62,825 bases of DNA, filler included, from Octopus bimaculoides (GCF_001194135.2; 8 parts of 8 records of this genome joined end to end with filler, not necessarily neighbours in it), one strand, 5' to 3'; shown: positions 12,616 through 24,679, numbered from the whole stretch's first letter. The notes: generated from the sequence alone by a model not told the origin. Numbers and translations are program-made.

Positions 12616-13526
12616 ACGCATAAATATTAAATACATTTCAAAATATTATTGTTCACATAACATATATATGTTATGTGAATAAGTATATATTGTTAGGAAA
12701 TTATAAAAACGATACAAACGTTTTATCGTATAATGTTGGGTTAAACAAGTAAACAGTTTCTCATACTGCACTGTAAGGTCAGGATGAAGTCCATTGTTAA
12801 AATGGGGGAAGCTAGGTGTTAATAGCCAAACTCTGAAACTCTAACAAATTGGCTAGACCTTAGCAAACATTTATAAACAAAGATAATTGTACCCCAGTTT
12901 TTTGTGACAGTCTTTTTTCTGTGAGATAAGGTTCAAATGGATTCTGGAAGCTGTGACTGCCTATTTAGTTTAAGCACTTCGTGCTTTGGGTTAGGTATTT
13001 ATGGAATTATTTTATGCTCCAGGAATTTGCCAGAACTTTTTGTTTGTCAGTTTTAAAATAATTCTCATGTCACATCTGGGTCCAAGGTTTGAAATCCGAG
13101 GTTCGAAAACTGAATTTGTGAAACCAGATTTTATGAAATCCAAATTTTCAGAGTCCATGTTTTTTGAAAACCAAATTTGTGAGGCCAGGTTTTGTGTGAG
13201 GCCAATTTTGGTGAAACCAAAGTTTGTGAATCCAGAGTTATGAATCCAAATTTGGCAAATCAAGTTGGTGAAGCTGGGTTTCTGAGTCCGAATATCTGAA
13301 CTATATATACATATTACCTTTGTAAATATTTTGACTGCACGTCTAGTGTAGCCTTAATTTATTTTTGTTCATATATATTTGTTTTGTATGTAGGCTGTTT
13401 TTTTATGCTGACACTAAATTGTTGATAATATTTTACAAAAAAACTTCATGGTGTGTTGTTGTTTGGGTTCACCCCACCCTTGTTAGTTGTATAAATTCGG
13501 GTTATGGATACCAGGTCATAACAAAT

Positions 13527-13549
13527 TGGGGGCTCGTCTGAATTTGAAC
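13527..13549 (+). other. Primer-binding site complementary to the tRNA-Pro 3' end
   Basis: TGGGGGCTCGTC(tgaatttgaac), 3 nt after the LTR end, matches the reverse complement of the tRNA-Pro 3' end (TGGGGGCTCGTCCGGGATTTGAAC). Confidence 0.85.
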
Positions 13550-14282
13550 AGTTGTACACACCAACTTTTTTCTTTAAAAAAAAAAAATTTGTAAATTGTA
13601 AAGAGCCTTTTGTCAAATATTACCATTTGTGGTATTATACGTAAACCTGTTTTAACTGGTGTCTTATCATATTGTAAACCACGGAAGTCATGGAGTACAA
13701 CATGGCAGAAGCCTTACGGCAGAAAGATATCATCACCCTGAGGGAATTACAGCAGTTAAACAAAGATGCTCTTGTAGAGGTGAGTGCTAAACTTGGTTTA
13801 GAGGTATCTGCAAGTAATCTTAAAAGTGTAATTTTTTCGCATGTGAAACAGGCCCTTTATAATGGCATGTGAAACAGGCCCTAATTGTTGAGGGTAAAAT
13901 GTCTGCCATCAGTGATGAGACAAACTCTGATTCAGCCGCCCCTCAATTATCAGCTAGTGAAAGAATGAAGCCAGATTTTATGAAATCCAAATTTTCGGAA
14001 TCCATATTTTTTGAAAACCGAATTTGTGAATCAAGATTTTATGAAATCCAAATTTTCAGAATCCATATTTTTTTGAAAACCAAATTTGTGAGGCCAGGTT
14101 TTGTGTGAGGCCAATTTTGGTGAAACCAAAACTTGTGAATCCAGAGTTACGAATCCAAGTTTGGCAAATCAAGTTGGTGAAACTGGGTTTCTGAGTCCGA
14201 ATTTCTGTACTATATATATATATTACCTTTATAAATATTTTGACTGCATGTGTAGTGTAGCCTTAATTTATTTTTGTTTGCA

Positions 14283-14468
14283 TACACGAGGGGTATATGA
14301 AAAGTCGTGAGCCTCAAAAAAATAAAACATAGTACAAGACTTCTGATGATTTATTTTTCAACATAGTCCCCCTTGATGGCTGATCACTTTCTCCAGCGGT
14401 GCTGAAGCGCCACTATCCCGGCATAGAACTCTTTTGTTTGAGACACCAAGAAACTTCCCACAGCGTCT
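14283..14468 (-). mobile_element. Mariner 3'-end fragment inserted in the 3' LTR
   Basis: Begins tacacgagggggtatatgaaaagt (mariner-like TIR). The minus strand reads cttcagcaccgctggagaaagtgatcagccatcaagggggactatgttgaaaaataa, a degenerate version of the mariner C-terminus L.HRW.K.I..QGDYVEK*. It is absent from the 5' LTR. Confidence 0.75.
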
Positions 14469-15246
14469 ATTTGTTTTGTATGTAGGCTGTTTTTTTATAA
14501 TGACACTTCACTGTTAATAATATTTTACAAAAAACTTCATGGTGTGTTGTTGTTTTGGGTTCACCCCATCCTTGTTGGTTGTGTAAATTCGAGTTATGGC
14601 CACCAGGTCGTACCAATANNNNNNNNNNNNNNNNNNNNNNNNNNNNNNNNNNNNNNNNNNNNTTAATTAATTAANNNNNNNNNNNNNNNNNNNNNNNNNN
14701 NNNNNNNNNNNNNNNNNNTGTGTGTGTGTTGGATATGATATGATAATTGCTTCTTCTATGAAAAAGTACAATGAAGATTTTGAGAGACAGCTGCCACTGA
14801 TTATATATTGTCCGGCCCCATGAAAATAACAGTATTTTGAAGCTATCCCAGGTAAAAAAAAAAGCAAAAACCTTCCTCCAAAATTTAATTATTAGAAAGT
14901 GACTCTTTTTTATGTTAGAAAATACAATTTCTTGAATAATAAATGTTTTCTTACAATCTAAAATTCATGCTGAATCGTTCATTTGCGGTTAGTTACTATA
15001 AATCCTTGACGTTCTCAGCATAAAAGTCGGATTCAGTCAAATTACGTTCATTATTAATGTGGGCAGAGCATGGCTATTAGCTACTCAAGTATACAGATAA
15101 AAACATTTAGAACGATAAACAGTAAATTCTTGAAATTCATTAATTTTTCTACTAAACATTGGCCTTCATCCCACTCGAATGTACCCTGGTATTGAAGAGA
15201 CAGTATCTCTCCAAAACTAGCTGATTTATATATATATATATATATT

Positions 15247-15352
<106 letters not shown>

Positions 15353-15799
15353 TGCGTGTGTGTTTGTACGAAAAGAATTTATAGTTACAGATGGAAATTT
15401 TCATTGCAAAAAATACTTTTTTCCAAACTATCAATCTGATACATTATTGGATGCTGAGATGGCGAGCATGAAAGTGCTAACATTTGAACGGAAACTGACA
15501 TTATAGGCTACCATCTATGAGCATAACTATTTATTTAAATTGCTATTCAAATCGTTGAGGATCAATGTCACTGTTAGAATTGATAAGAGAACATTTGTCT
15601 CGCGTAAAAAGAATGTAAGAGTTGTGAAACGCAGTGTTTTATTGAAAGTAACACAACCACTGTTTAACCTTGAAATCTCCGTCTGCTGTTCTTCCAAGTT
15701 AAAAAGTCGAGTGGTCCTTACAATTTTGTAGCTGCCGCTCATATTTTACAAAAGCCATTCTTTCCAAAATTATTCGCTTTCTTTCACATCAAATACTTG

Positions 15800-16050
15800 T
15801 TACCCAGGAGACATTCGCTAATCTTGTGAGACCATGGATTTGCGCTTGGAAAGTGTAGCTTCGGCCTTGTTGGCAGTGTAATGTCTGCTGTGATTAAACA
15901 CACCTTACATATAAGTGACAGTCGCGGTTGCAGTGGCTACATTTGAAGGCGCTGTCCGCCATTCTTGTCGTGGTACTGTGATTTTACTTTCCTTCGACCT
16001 TTCCTTTCGACTGTTTAAACCGTAGTCTAGTACTTGTCACCACCAGGAAC
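15800..16050 (-). mobile_element. 3' end of an RTE/BovB-like LINE with the C-terminal zinc finger
   Basis: Minus strand: DRSWW…ADSAFKCSHCNRDCH, matching the RTE C-terminal F.C..C.RDC finger, followed by a short UTR. Confidence 0.7.
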
Positions 16051-16067
16051 GATCATCAGTAAAGATT

Positions 16068-16114
<47 letters not shown>

Positions 16115-16280
16115 NNNNNNNNNNNNNNNNNNNNNNNNNNNNNNNNNNNNNNNNNNNNNNNNNNNNNNNNNNNNNNNNNNNNNNNNNNNNNNNNNNNNNN
16201 NNNNNNNNNNNNNNNNNNNNNNNNNNNNNNNNNNNNNNNNNNNNNNNNNNNNNNNNNNNNNNNNNNNNNNNNNNNNNNNN

Positions 16281-16330
<50 letters not shown>

Positions 16331-17157
16331 TATTTTGTATAACCATATATACATCAGCATTTTTACAAATACATATATCCATCTGTGTGTATTGGGAGTG
16401 GGGTACAGTATAACCGAATAGTCAACACGACGCCACTCGAAATTTGCTCAAGATACTACGACTGCATGATATCTTTGGCATATGTCATTTGTATAGTCTC
16501 AGATCAATGGCATTTCTAGATTTTCCGTCCATGACCTCAAAGATGACAATTCAATCACCACAAATCTGCATGGTTTGAAACATAGATGACTGACGAAATT
16601 TATAACTTAGCACTTCCAACTGGTAAGGTCTGCACACATCGCCACTTTTTCATTGTCATAGGACTTTCAAAAGATGAAATTATGATTAAGGTCACCACGA
16701 AGAGGCAACTGGGCATCATTGAATTATAGGGATAAACGCTTGTACAACATGAGAACGAATCTCTGAGTCGCTGTGTTTAGTACAAAGTGATGGGGCGAAT
16801 CAAATGAAATCGCAGGGTTTACATTAGAGCGTCGCCCTTCTAGGGGTCCCTCACTCCCGGTAGTTTCACTGCCCACCCTGACACCAGCCAAGGGTATTTC
16901 CGGGCCCCTACGTTCAGACGAATTGTCGCCACATATGCTACTTAACTTATAGCTGAGGCCCCGACAGGTGCTACCACTCCGAGTCAGAATAGAACTAAGA
17001 ACAATAGTGGCTAAGATGTAGTTCCACACTCCTCAAAACCTTGGAAATTCCATACCAGAGCCCCAATATCGGATGCAGTTTGAAGTCATATATACACAGA
17101 ATACATGCGCGCGCACGCACACACGCACACTTATAGATACATACATACATACATACA

Positions 17158-17191
<34 letters not shown>

Positions 17192-17830
17192 CATACATAC
17201 ATACATACACTCATGTATGTAGTGTAATTTAGGAACGTCATACTACTAATAAGCACACGTACTTTATTTTAGTATTATTATTGACTAATTAAAGATTTGG
17301 AAATTTCCATCAGTCTCTTGTGATCTTTTCAATTGTTTCAGTTTCTCCATACGATTTTCTATGTTTGAAAATATTGTCAGATATCATCTCTATCTTGACT
17401 AGAAAATTGGTGTTTTCGAATTATTGTTTTGTTTTAAATGTGTCCAGTCTTATTTTTTATCTGCATAGTTCTATTCTGTGGATACCGGCTTAGGAAGTTT
17501 TGTATGAAGTAAATTATTTTTAAATAAGAAGATAAAGCTACAAACAACAGCAAGTACAATACTGAGTTTTAAAAAATCCTTCTATGGAAAAATAATCGAA
17601 GGCTACCGTGTGATACGAACCAACATCTCTAAATATAACAGATGTTCTAACCGTTACACCAATTTTCTACATCCATTTTAGAAGTTTTGTTCTTACCAAA
17701 GAGAATTTTAAGTTCAGAAACTTCGAGAGATGTGACGTAAATAAATTTTAACGGTGAAACTCGATGTATATATATAAGGGTATAAATAGTAGAATATTGG
17801 GTTTTTAAAACCCATAGATGGGAAAAAGTT

Positions 17831-17872
<42 letters not shown>

Positions 17873-17894
17873 CAGACAGACATGTACATACATA

Positions 17895-18220
17895 TAGAAA
17901 ATAAAACAAAACGTTAGAGATTCTTTCTAAGATACTTTATTACATCATCTTACGTGTTTTTCATTTATAAATATAATTATCATTAGTTACATAATGTACA
18001 TCACATAATTGAAATATTTTGTCAAATCTTCAGAGACCTGTAACCTTTATAAGTAATATTTCTGAATTGTTTAACTCTTACCAGGAGAAACCATCGTGAA
18101 GATTTGACAATACTTTTTATATTATGTAACTAATAATCATTTTATGTCGATGAAATGTACGTAAGAGTGTGCAACTAAATATCTAAAATGATAATCTCTC
18201 ATGTTTTGTTTTATTTTCTA
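17895..18220. mobile_element. Foldback/MITE-like element with ~135-bp imperfect inverted arms
   Basis: Left arm tagaaaataaaacaaaac…cttacgt…cattagttacataat…ttgtcaaatcttca (17895-18032) mirrors right arm tgaagatttgacaa…attatgtaactaat…acgtaag…gttttgttttattttcta (18097-18220). TA at both ends; no ORF. Confidence 0.8.
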
Positions 18221-18599
18221 CATGTACTCTGTGACATACTTAAACTTTGGATTCATACCAAGGAATGTTTTGACTAAAAAAAAGTATTAAGAATTTTTTC
18301 TTACATAATCACTCTAAACACGTGTATCAAATGCATTCAAAATATCAACATCTGGTTTTATCTTTATTATATATCGTATCACTCCTCACCATTATAATCT
18401 AGCCCTTCCTTACATAACCCTCTCAAAGCACAACCCTCGTGTGTGTGTGTGGGGGGGGGGGGGGTATGTGTGTGTACATAGTTACATAAAAAGTTCCATG
18501 AGCCAGAAAATACAAGCACCCATTTAATTGTTAATGCAACATTATATTTTCCTATCAACTACTGTACGAAAGAGTATGCCATGGGTTCTATACTACTTG

Positions 18600-19120
18600 G
18601 AGTGTGAAAGTTTCACATCTGGGCTGCGAATCTTACAGACATTGTAAAATAACTACAGGACAAAAATTCGCCCAGAGATAAAAACTGTTACAGGTTTTGG
18701 CCTACTCGATATTTTCTTTATGCTTAGAGCATAGTAAAAAAAGACCCACAAAGTGTGTTTATAAATATTTTCCTGTACCTAAATGTTTTGGGGAAAATGT
18801 TTATCGACCAAACTGAAGAAGATCCTACCTACACAAGTTTTTAATTTCAGGAAAAATGGAAGTATAAACTTTAAAGCGGCGCTTTCTCTTACTGGGGTTA
18901 GGGTTCTATAAACTCTTTCAGAAACCAAATGAGAGGCTGAAGTATACAGGTTCTTGCCAACCAACCACAGTTTTCAGTAAGCTGGCCAAGGAGCTTACCA
19001 AAGAAACCATATATTGTCTTCGAATATGGAGACTTTCAACAATACGATCCCGTACTAGAATGATGGTCTGGTTGCCAGTAGGTTGAAGGATAAGATTAGG
19101 CATATACCCGACTTGAAGCC
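18600..19120 (-). mobile_element. Degraded Penelope-like element fragment
   Basis: QPTGNQTI…LHIRRQ…SLVSSL and KTCVGRIFFSLVDKHFPQN match PLE thumb/linker motifs (KTNIG..F..L.DKHFP). Confidence 0.7.
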
Positions 19121-19221
19121 ACGCAAGAGAAAAACGCCACTGCAAAGTCATATGATCTATGTAAATATTGGATAATTATCACCTGTTAAAATGCAGGCCA
19201 ATGACCAAATCAAAGCAAAAT

Positions 19222-19252
<31 letters not shown>

Positions 19253-19273
19253 ATGCCTATATGTATATATATT

Positions 19274-19367
<94 letters not shown>

Positions 19368-19549
19368 CACACACACAAATGGATGTCTTTTAACAACAAA
19401 TAATTAATTACAATCAAAATCTGTACACAGTACACAGAGTGTAGGGTGGGGAAAATATTTAATGGAAAGAGCTTTCCGATGATTCTTTTCAATTATTTTC
19501 AAAAAGAAAACAAATCAGCTTCTTATAAGAGATTTCTCTACTAAATAGT

Positions 19550-20380
19550 CATACAGCCATTTTTATTGATAGACAACCGAAACGTCCATTCATTGTAATT
19601 AGAAACCTGGTTACAGGTATCAGCAAAAGAATCACCAGACAGAGAGGTCTTCAAAAGAGTCGTACCGCAGTACAACGGCGCACTAGTGAGAAGTGTCTTT
19701 ACCGATAAGTTAATGTATATGGCGGCACACTCACCTCGCCCCACTCCAAATCCGAAGAGCGTCAGAAAGCGAAGGCTAATCTGGTTTAATCTCCTATGCA
19801 ATCTAGATGTTTCTGCAAATAGCTAGAAGCATCCTGACGCTTATTAGAGAGAATTATCAAAGAACACATAGACATCATAAACTCTTTAACATCAAGGTCA
19901 TCTACTCGTGTTTAGATAATATTCCTTCTAACATTGTACACAACTGAAATAAACTAGCAATCACAGAGTATTTACCAGACATGGTAACCAGTCACTGTCT
20001 AAATCCTGCAAACTTGCTTACTGGGAGCTTCCTGCCCTTGAGAGGTTGTGGTCTATAGAGTCACCCTCAAGTAATCCGATAAGCATCTTAAGCCATTGCA
20101 CAAGCATGACTGCAAATATTGTAAGGGAAGATTAAGGTAACACGTTCACTTCTTCAGTTGTAGTGAGAAGGTAAACTTCGTTTTCCTTGTTCCACAGGCT
20201 CAGAAACCATGGAAACTACTTCTGTATTGTCTCATGGAGATCCTTGAAAGGAACTCCTTATTACTCAACTGATTTCTTAAATGACAATTCTACCCACGTG
20301 AGAAACTACATAACATTTTCCGTCCTATTGTTGTCAACAGAGATGTGTTCTGTTAATGAACTTCAAGTCATTAGTAGGTG
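19550..20380 (+). mobile_element. Degraded Penelope-like element fragment
   Basis: IDRQ…PFIVIRNLVTGISKRI, REVFKRVVPQYNGAL, NIKVIYSCLDNIPSNIVHN and SCP*EVVVYRVT are collinear with the PLE thumb-linker-GIY-YIG region. Confidence 0.7.
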
Positions 20381-21391
20381 ATAACTAAGAACTGAGGCCT
20401 AGTCACGCACGTTCAATTGCAAACTTTATAACCTCTATTGTCCGTAGAAATATTACAGCCTACTATCATCTGGTAGCCATATTTGTCATGAAAAATTATA
20501 TGTAATCTGACACCATTATAGCGGCTACTACGTGTAGTAATTGCTGTCGCTGGTATGTCACAGATATTTTATATGTATGTATATATATAGATATGTGTAT
20601 GTGTGTGTATGTGTATAGATATATATATGTATGTCCGTGCATGTGACTGTGTGTGTAGATAGGTAATAACTTTTCTTTTCATAATATATTTAAAAAGAGG
20701 CTATCCTCAAATGTAATATTTTTATTATGGATTTTTTCTGTATTTTCTTATGTCGTTTATATTAGGAGCAATAACGCTTCCGAATCCATTAAACAAACGT
20801 TTTAAAACCTTTATAATCTCATATTTAAATTAAACTTCCGTAACAGCGTGTTGTCCACGCCTCCTCCAGTAAGTCGTAAATGGTCTGGGAATAAATTTAT
20901 AGCTGATAAAATGTTCGGAACAGAATTCCAAATGAGATACCGGTAAATCCTGGTAGATTTTATGAGATCCTGACATATTTTTATATGTGATATATCTGTG
21001 AGTATAATTTAGGTTTCTACTTCGCTATTAATATATATTTTACGGTTATTCCCCATTTTTTAAAGGAATTCTATATAAAACTGTAATGTTGACAACTAGT
21101 GGTTTCTATTCAAGTTTATTTTGTGAATTGCATTACAATGAGTTGCATAGTTATGCAAAGAGAAAGCATCGTACTTGTGTGTCGATGTTATAGTATGAGC
21201 TATGAAGTTTATAAGCTTAATGTTTACACTGAATTTTCTATAATACATTAGAACCGTCTATAGTTTTATGTTAACAGCCAGTGTCTTCATTCTAGTATTA
21301 ATGTGATATATTCTATGAGAATGTGTTTAGATGTAATGCAGTTTGTGTCCTATTTTATGAACTTTTTAAAAGATTTATTTATCCCTCTGTC

Positions 21392-21446
<55 letters not shown>

Positions 21447-22215
21447 GACACACACACACACACACACACATATNNNNNNNNNNNNNNNNNNNNNNNNNNN
21501 NNNNNNNNNNNNNNNNNNNNNNNNNNNNNNNNNNNNNNNNNNNNNNNNNNNNNNNNNNNNNNNNNNNNNNNNNNNNNNNNNNNNNNNNNNNNNNNNNNNN
21601 NNNNNNNNNNNNNNNNNNNNNNNNNNNNNNNNNNNNNNNNNNNNNNNNNNNNNNNNNNNNNNNNNNNNNNNNNNNNNNNNNNNNNNNNNNNNNNNNNNNN
21701 NNNNNNNNNNNNNNNNNNNNNNNNNNNNNNNNNNNNNNNNNNNNNNNNNNNNNNNNNNNNNNNNNNNNNNNNNNNNNNNNNNNNNNNNNNNNNNNNNNNN
21801 NNNNNNNNNNNNNNNNNNCTATATATGTGCGTGTCTTTATGTTTTTAAAATATTAATAGATATACGTATGGGAAATTGTTACCCTATAAATATACTTATA
21901 TATATATGGGTGTGTGTGTGTGTGTGTACAAATACATATACATACATATATATACATATACACATACGTACATGTATATATTCAAGCATGCATATATGTC
22001 TATGCCTGTGTGTTAAAAGCAGTTTCCAGGTTAACCGCTCATGGATAGGTTAGATATATGGTTTACAAGATGAAGCGTTATTGCTTTAAAAGCGACTCCA
22101 TATTTTTCCGCGACGAACTGCGTGGCGTGCTTTTCCCACAGCACGAGAAGATTTTACACTCTCGAAGAATTTGACTGCTCTAACGCATTCAAACAACTTA
22201 CTCAATGTGCAAGCA

Positions 22216-22259
<44 letters not shown>

Positions 22260-22569
22260 GCATATACATATATATACATAAATATATATGTATTTGTACA
22301 TACAGAACACATACACTCGCACACTGGAACATACATACATACACACATTTATACATACATACATATATACATACATACATATATATGTATATGCATGTAT
22401 GTATATGTATATGCATATATATATATGTATATACGTATAAGTATGTGTGTGTGTGTATGTGTGTGTATGTGTGTGTGTGTGTGCGTGCGCGCGCGCGCGC
22501 GTGCGTATGCGTGTGGCTCAAATGTACAGAGAACATAAGACAAAGACAGGTGAGTGAACAACAAGCAGG

Positions 22570-22670
22570 TATACTAGTTTGACGGTCGTGAAGAATGGAA
22601 AAATCTTTGACGTTTCGAGCCTATGCTCTTGGATAGAAAGGGATTATAGGGAAAAAATGGAGAAGAAAAA
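22570..22670 (-). mobile_element. Penelope-type terminal fragment with a gagcataggctcgaaacgtc motif
   Basis: Minus strand ccaagagcataggctcgaaacgtcaaag has a GAGC-atag-GCTC hairpin followed by GAAACGTC. It is related to the 5940 and 50266 motifs, but the core is degenerate. Confidence 0.4.
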
Positions 22671-23502
22671 AAGGAGAGAAAAGGATGTGTCGAGATCAAC
22701 GGTGTATATATCAATATATNNNNNNNNNNNNNNNNNNNNNNNNNNNNNNNNNNNNNNNNNNNNNNNNNNNNNNNNNNNNNNNNNNNNNNNNNNNNNNNNN
22801 NNNNNNNNNNNNNNNNNNNNNNNNNNNNNNNNNNNNNNNNNNNNNNNNNNNNNNNNNNNNNNNNNNNNNNNNNNNNNNNNNNNNNNNNNNNNNNNNNNNN
22901 NNNNNNNNNNNNNNNNNNNNNNNNNNNNNNNNNNNNNNNNNNNNNNNNNNNNNNNNNNNNNNNNNNNNNNNNNNNNNNNNNNNNNNNNNNNNNNNNNNNN
23001 NNNNNNNNNNNNNNNNNNNNNNNNNNNNNNNNNNNNNNNNNNNNNNNNNNNNNNNNNNNNNNNNNNNNNNNNNNNNNNNNNNNNNNNNNNNNNNNNNNNN
23101 NNNNNNNNNNNNNNNNNNNNNNNNNNNNNNNNNNNNNNNNNNNNNNNNNNNNNNNNNNNNNNNNNNNNNNNNNNNNNNNNNNNNNNNNNNNNNNNNNNNN
23201 NNNNNNNNNNNNNNNNNNNNNNNNNNNNNNNNNNNNNNNNNNNNNNNNNNNNNNNNNNNNNNNNNNNNNNNNNNNNNNNNNNNNNNNNNNNNNNNNNNNN
23301 NNNNNNNNNNNNNNNNNNNNNNNNNNNNNNNNNNNNNNNNNNNNNNNNNNNNNNNNNNNNNNNNNNNNNNNNNNNNNNNNNNNNNNNNNNNNNNNNNNNN
23401 NNNNNNNNNNNNNNNNNNNNNNNNNNNNNNNNNNNNNNNNNNNNNNNNNNNNNNNNNNNNNNNNNNNNNNTATATATATATATATATATATGTGTATATA
23501 TA

Positions 23503-23632
23503 TACGACGGGTTTCTTTCAGTTTCCATCTGCCAGATTCACTTACAATGCTTTGGTCGAACCGAAGCAATAGTAGAAGACACTTGCCCAGGGTTCCACAC
23601 AATGGAACTGAACCCGAAATCATGTGGTTGGG
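23503..23632 (-). mobile_element. tRNA-derived SINE head fragment
   Basis: Reverse complement contains ggttcagttcc (B-box-like) and …ccttgggcaagtgtcttctact…aagcccgtcgtata, as in the 47793-48078 copy. Confidence 0.8.
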
Positions 23633-23844
23633 TACATAAAGTCTTGTTTATGTACCCATAACTTATTAGTTGGGCAAAAAGAGAATGCTAAAACAAAAGA
23701 CCTCTGTTAAAATAAGTAGTGGAGCTGATTTATTCAACTAAACCCTCCTAACTGATACCACAATATGGCTGCGGCAGTTCAATGACTTAAGAAAGTCAAC
23801 GAATACAAGAGAATATGTGTGCTTATGTTGCTTGTGTGTGTGTG

Positions 23845-23990
23845 TACGACGGGCTTGCTTCAGTTTCCGTCTATCAAAACCACTCACAGGCTTTGGTCAG
23901 CACGAGGTTATAAAAGACGCTTTCTCAAGGTGACACGCAGTGGGACTGAATTTTGAGGCATGTGGTTGGGAAGCAAACTTCTTACCACGC
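23845..23990 (-). mobile_element. tRNA-derived SINE head fragment
   Basis: Same family as 47793-48078: acgacgggcttgcttcagtttccgtct…cagtgggactgaa…gtggttgggaagc. Confidence 0.8.
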
Positions 23991-24159
23991 CTATGCATGT
24001 ATACATATACATGCATACTAAAATTATACATGTTTGCATATACAAGCATACAAATATTTATTTATATATTTATATATATGCGTGTGTGCAGATATATGCA
24101 TATAGTATCACCTATGTATAACAACCGGAATCACACACGCACACACGTATTTATATATG

Positions 24160-24420
24160 ACTGACTATGTAGTGAAGTTTCTTTGACGGCCACGAGGTTT
24201 CGGGTTCAATCTCACAACGCGTCGCTTTGGGCATGTGCCTTCCACTATAGCCTCGAACCGGCCAATGCCTTTTTGAATGAATTTAGTGGAGGGTATTTGC
24301 GTCTTATGTATGTGTGCGAAAGTATGTGTCCCCGCACCGGTGTTTGTTTGTTTGCATCCCGGTATCTTAACAATTCAGCAAAAGAGATAGAATAAATCCA
24401 GACTTAAGATAAGTACTTTG
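24160..24420 (+). mobile_element. tRNA-derived SINE, degraded
   Basis: cgggttcaatctcac…ccactatagcctcgaaccggcc… followed by the tail caccggtgtttgtttg…cagcaaaagagatagaataa. Confidence 0.75.
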
Positions 24421-24519
24421 ACTAAACTTTCAAATATATATATATATATATAATAATACAAAGAATATATATACATGTATACACACATATATGTACATAC
24501 TTACATCTACATGTGTATA

Positions 24520-24662
24520 TACATGCATATCAGGGTACAGGACGTTAGAACAATAAACTACAGACAACGGAACGAACACATAAGAAAACGGAAAGCCCCT
24601 TGGAATATCCCTTCATCAGCTGTCTCTATTCTATCTAGACGTTTCGAAGACCAGACAGGACT
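24520..24662 (-). mobile_element. Penelope-type terminal fragment with permuted hammerhead-like half-cores
   Basis: The minus strand has GAAACGTC and, 18 nt later, CTGATGAAG. I could not build the stems convincingly. Confidence 0.35.
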
Positions 24663-24679
24663 ATATATATATATATATA

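Larger units (their letters stand above)
12669..14615 (+). mobile_element. Internally deleted Gypsy-type LTR retrotransposon (5' LTR 12669-13523, PBS, gag start, partial 3' LTR about 13965-14615)
   Basis: The LTR has TGTTATG…CATAACA terminal inverted repeats. 13110-13523 recurs at about 13965-14615. The gag-like start MAEALRQKDIITLRELQQLNKDALVEVSAKLGLEV…KQALIVEG breaks off at about 13965. No pol sequence is present. Confidence 0.85.

Noticed and set aside
16724-17029. 101-aa minus-strand ORF with a signal-peptide-like start (MWNYILATIVLSSIL…)
   Set aside because: Its start lies antisense to what I recall as a dispersed repeat (caggtgctaccactccgagtcag…); no domain, no splice support.
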